Assembly (NCBI GenBank): GCA_964541005.1
Contig: CAZIPU010000001.1
Span: 4,493 to 36,492, forward strand
DNA: 32,000 nucleotides
Source: an uncultured Syntrophales bacterium
Lineage (GTDB): Bacteria > Desulfobacterota > Syntrophia > Syntrophales > JAAYKM01
Direction of reading: 5' to 3'
This document shows, one piece after another, positions 31,400 to 32,000 of the stretch. The notes beneath the pieces were generated by a model that saw nothing but the letters and a program-made list of their open reading frames with translations, was not told the origin of the DNA and did no database searches. The translations under genes and the position numbers were made by a program. Positions within the stretch are counted from its first letter, which is position 1. Each line of letters starts with the position of its first letter.

Positions 31400-32000
31400 A
31401 GATTCTGGCAACCATGAAAAAAGAACTCCTGCTGCTCATCCGCGATCCGGGCGGCATGGCACTTCTGTTTCTCATGCCCCTGGCCCTGGTGGTCGTGATG
31501 GCCCTTGTCCAGGACAACACCTTCCGTGAGTTCCAGGAGACGAGGCTGGACGTTCTTTTCCTCGATCAGGACAGGGGCGAGCTGGGTTCAAGTATTGAGG
31601 AGGCCCTCCAGTCCGGGGGCAACATCCGCCTCATCACAAAAGAGGCCGGGAAGGACCTCACGGTGGATCAGGCCGGAAGCCTGGTGCGAAAAGGCCGCTA
31701 CAAGGCGGCGGTGATCATTCCGGCCGGGGCCGGGGAAGCCCTGCGGAAGAAAACGAAACAAACCGCGCAGGCGTTTCTGGCCTCCTATGGTTTCGCCGAC
31801 GGCGAGCAGGATGGGAAGGAGTCGCCAAGAGTGGAATTACAGATCCTCTTCGATCCCGTCATCAAGGCCAACTACCGCCAGAGCCTGGCGGGAGGGCTGG
31901 AGAGAATCCTGACAGGTCTCCAGGCGGACTGGTTCATGGCGGAAATACAGTCGCGGTTCGGCGGGATAACCAAGTTGGAAGGAAAGAAAATCGACCTGGG
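31396..32000 (+). CDS. ABC-2-type transporter permease, N-terminal part (runs off the window)
   Basis: Not in the track because it has no stop. My translation from TTG 31396 (TTGA overlap), or from ATG 31414, reads (M)KILATMKKELLLLIRDPGGMALLFLMPLALVVVMALV... It has one TM helix followed by a long soluble loop, as in YhhJ/ABC-2 permeases, and is open to nt 31998. Confidence 0.75.
   Translation, partial: MKILATMKKELLLLIRDPGGMALLFLMPLALVVVMALVQDNTFREFQETRLDVLFLDQDRGELGSSIEEALQSGGNIRLITKEAGKDLTVDQAGSLVRKGRYKAAVIIPAGAGEALRKKTKQTAQAFLASYGFADGEQDGKESPRVELQILFDPVIKANYRQSLAGGLERILTGLQADWFMAEIQSRFGGITKLEGKKIDL

Noticed and set aside
2733-32000. Calling the locus a standard aryl-polyene or flexirubin cluster
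   Set aside because: Many APE hallmarks are present. However, there is no ApeH-like aryl-ACP ligase, ammonia-lyase, ApeQ-like KR, LolA-like gene or DUF3261 gene in the window. The extra radical SAM, CrtI-like, PlsC/PlsY and NodB genes are not part of the canonical APE set.
1-32000. Search for CRISPR arrays, tRNA/rRNA genes, IS/transposase or integrase genes, long direct repeats, and defence or toxin-antitoxin modules
   Set aside because: I found no spaced repeat arrays, no cloverleaf-like or rRNA-like segments, and no transposase/integrase motifs (DDE, tyrosine recombinase R..HxxR..Y) in any long ORF. This was visual inspection only, and short or degenerate elements could have been missed.

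Overview
High-GC bacterial chromosomal window. The abundance of radical-SAM enzymes suggests an anaerobe, but taxonomy cannot be set from sequence alone. I found no rRNA, tRNA, CRISPR array, IS element or recognisable defence genes. Nt 1-2466 carries two minus-strand genes: a class-B (B12-binding) radical SAM enzyme that runs off the left edge, and an unusual GNAT-BKACE fusion. From nt 2733 to the right edge every credible gene is on the + strand, about 29 kb and 26 genes, many with overlapping stop/start codons. Together they form one large type II FAS/PKS-like lipid biosynthetic cluster. It encodes 2 KAS III enzymes, 4 KAS I/II-type ketosynthases (one fused to an inactive CLF-like domain) and 4 discrete ACPs. 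It also has a FabZ-like dehydratase, a PKS-type dehydratase fused to an Sfp-type PPTase, a hot-dog thioesterase and a CrtI-like flavoenzyme. That flavoenzyme is translationally coupled to a B12-binding radical SAM enzyme, and two tandem paralogous radical SAM enzymes lie further downstream. Head-group and assembly genes are a GT2 glycosyltransferase, a NodB-type deacetylase and LpxL-like, PlsC-like and PlsY-like acyltransferases. Export genes are an MMPL exporter fused to a methyltransferase and an ABC-2 exporter. A DarA/DarB-like pair and a BtrH-like protein complete the set. The cluster therefore combines parts known from aryl-polyene (APE) clusters, dialkylresorcinol clusters and the unproven 'ladderane-type' radical-SAM/desaturase gene sets. 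It adds dedicated glycerolipid acyltransferases and shows no ketoreductase or enoyl reductase in the window. I know of no characterised pathway with this combination, so it is the main candidate for an undescribed system. The likely product is a tailored-chain membrane lipid, glycolipid or pigment lipid, but that is inference and the product is unknown. All family calls come from motif reading of the translations, not database searches.
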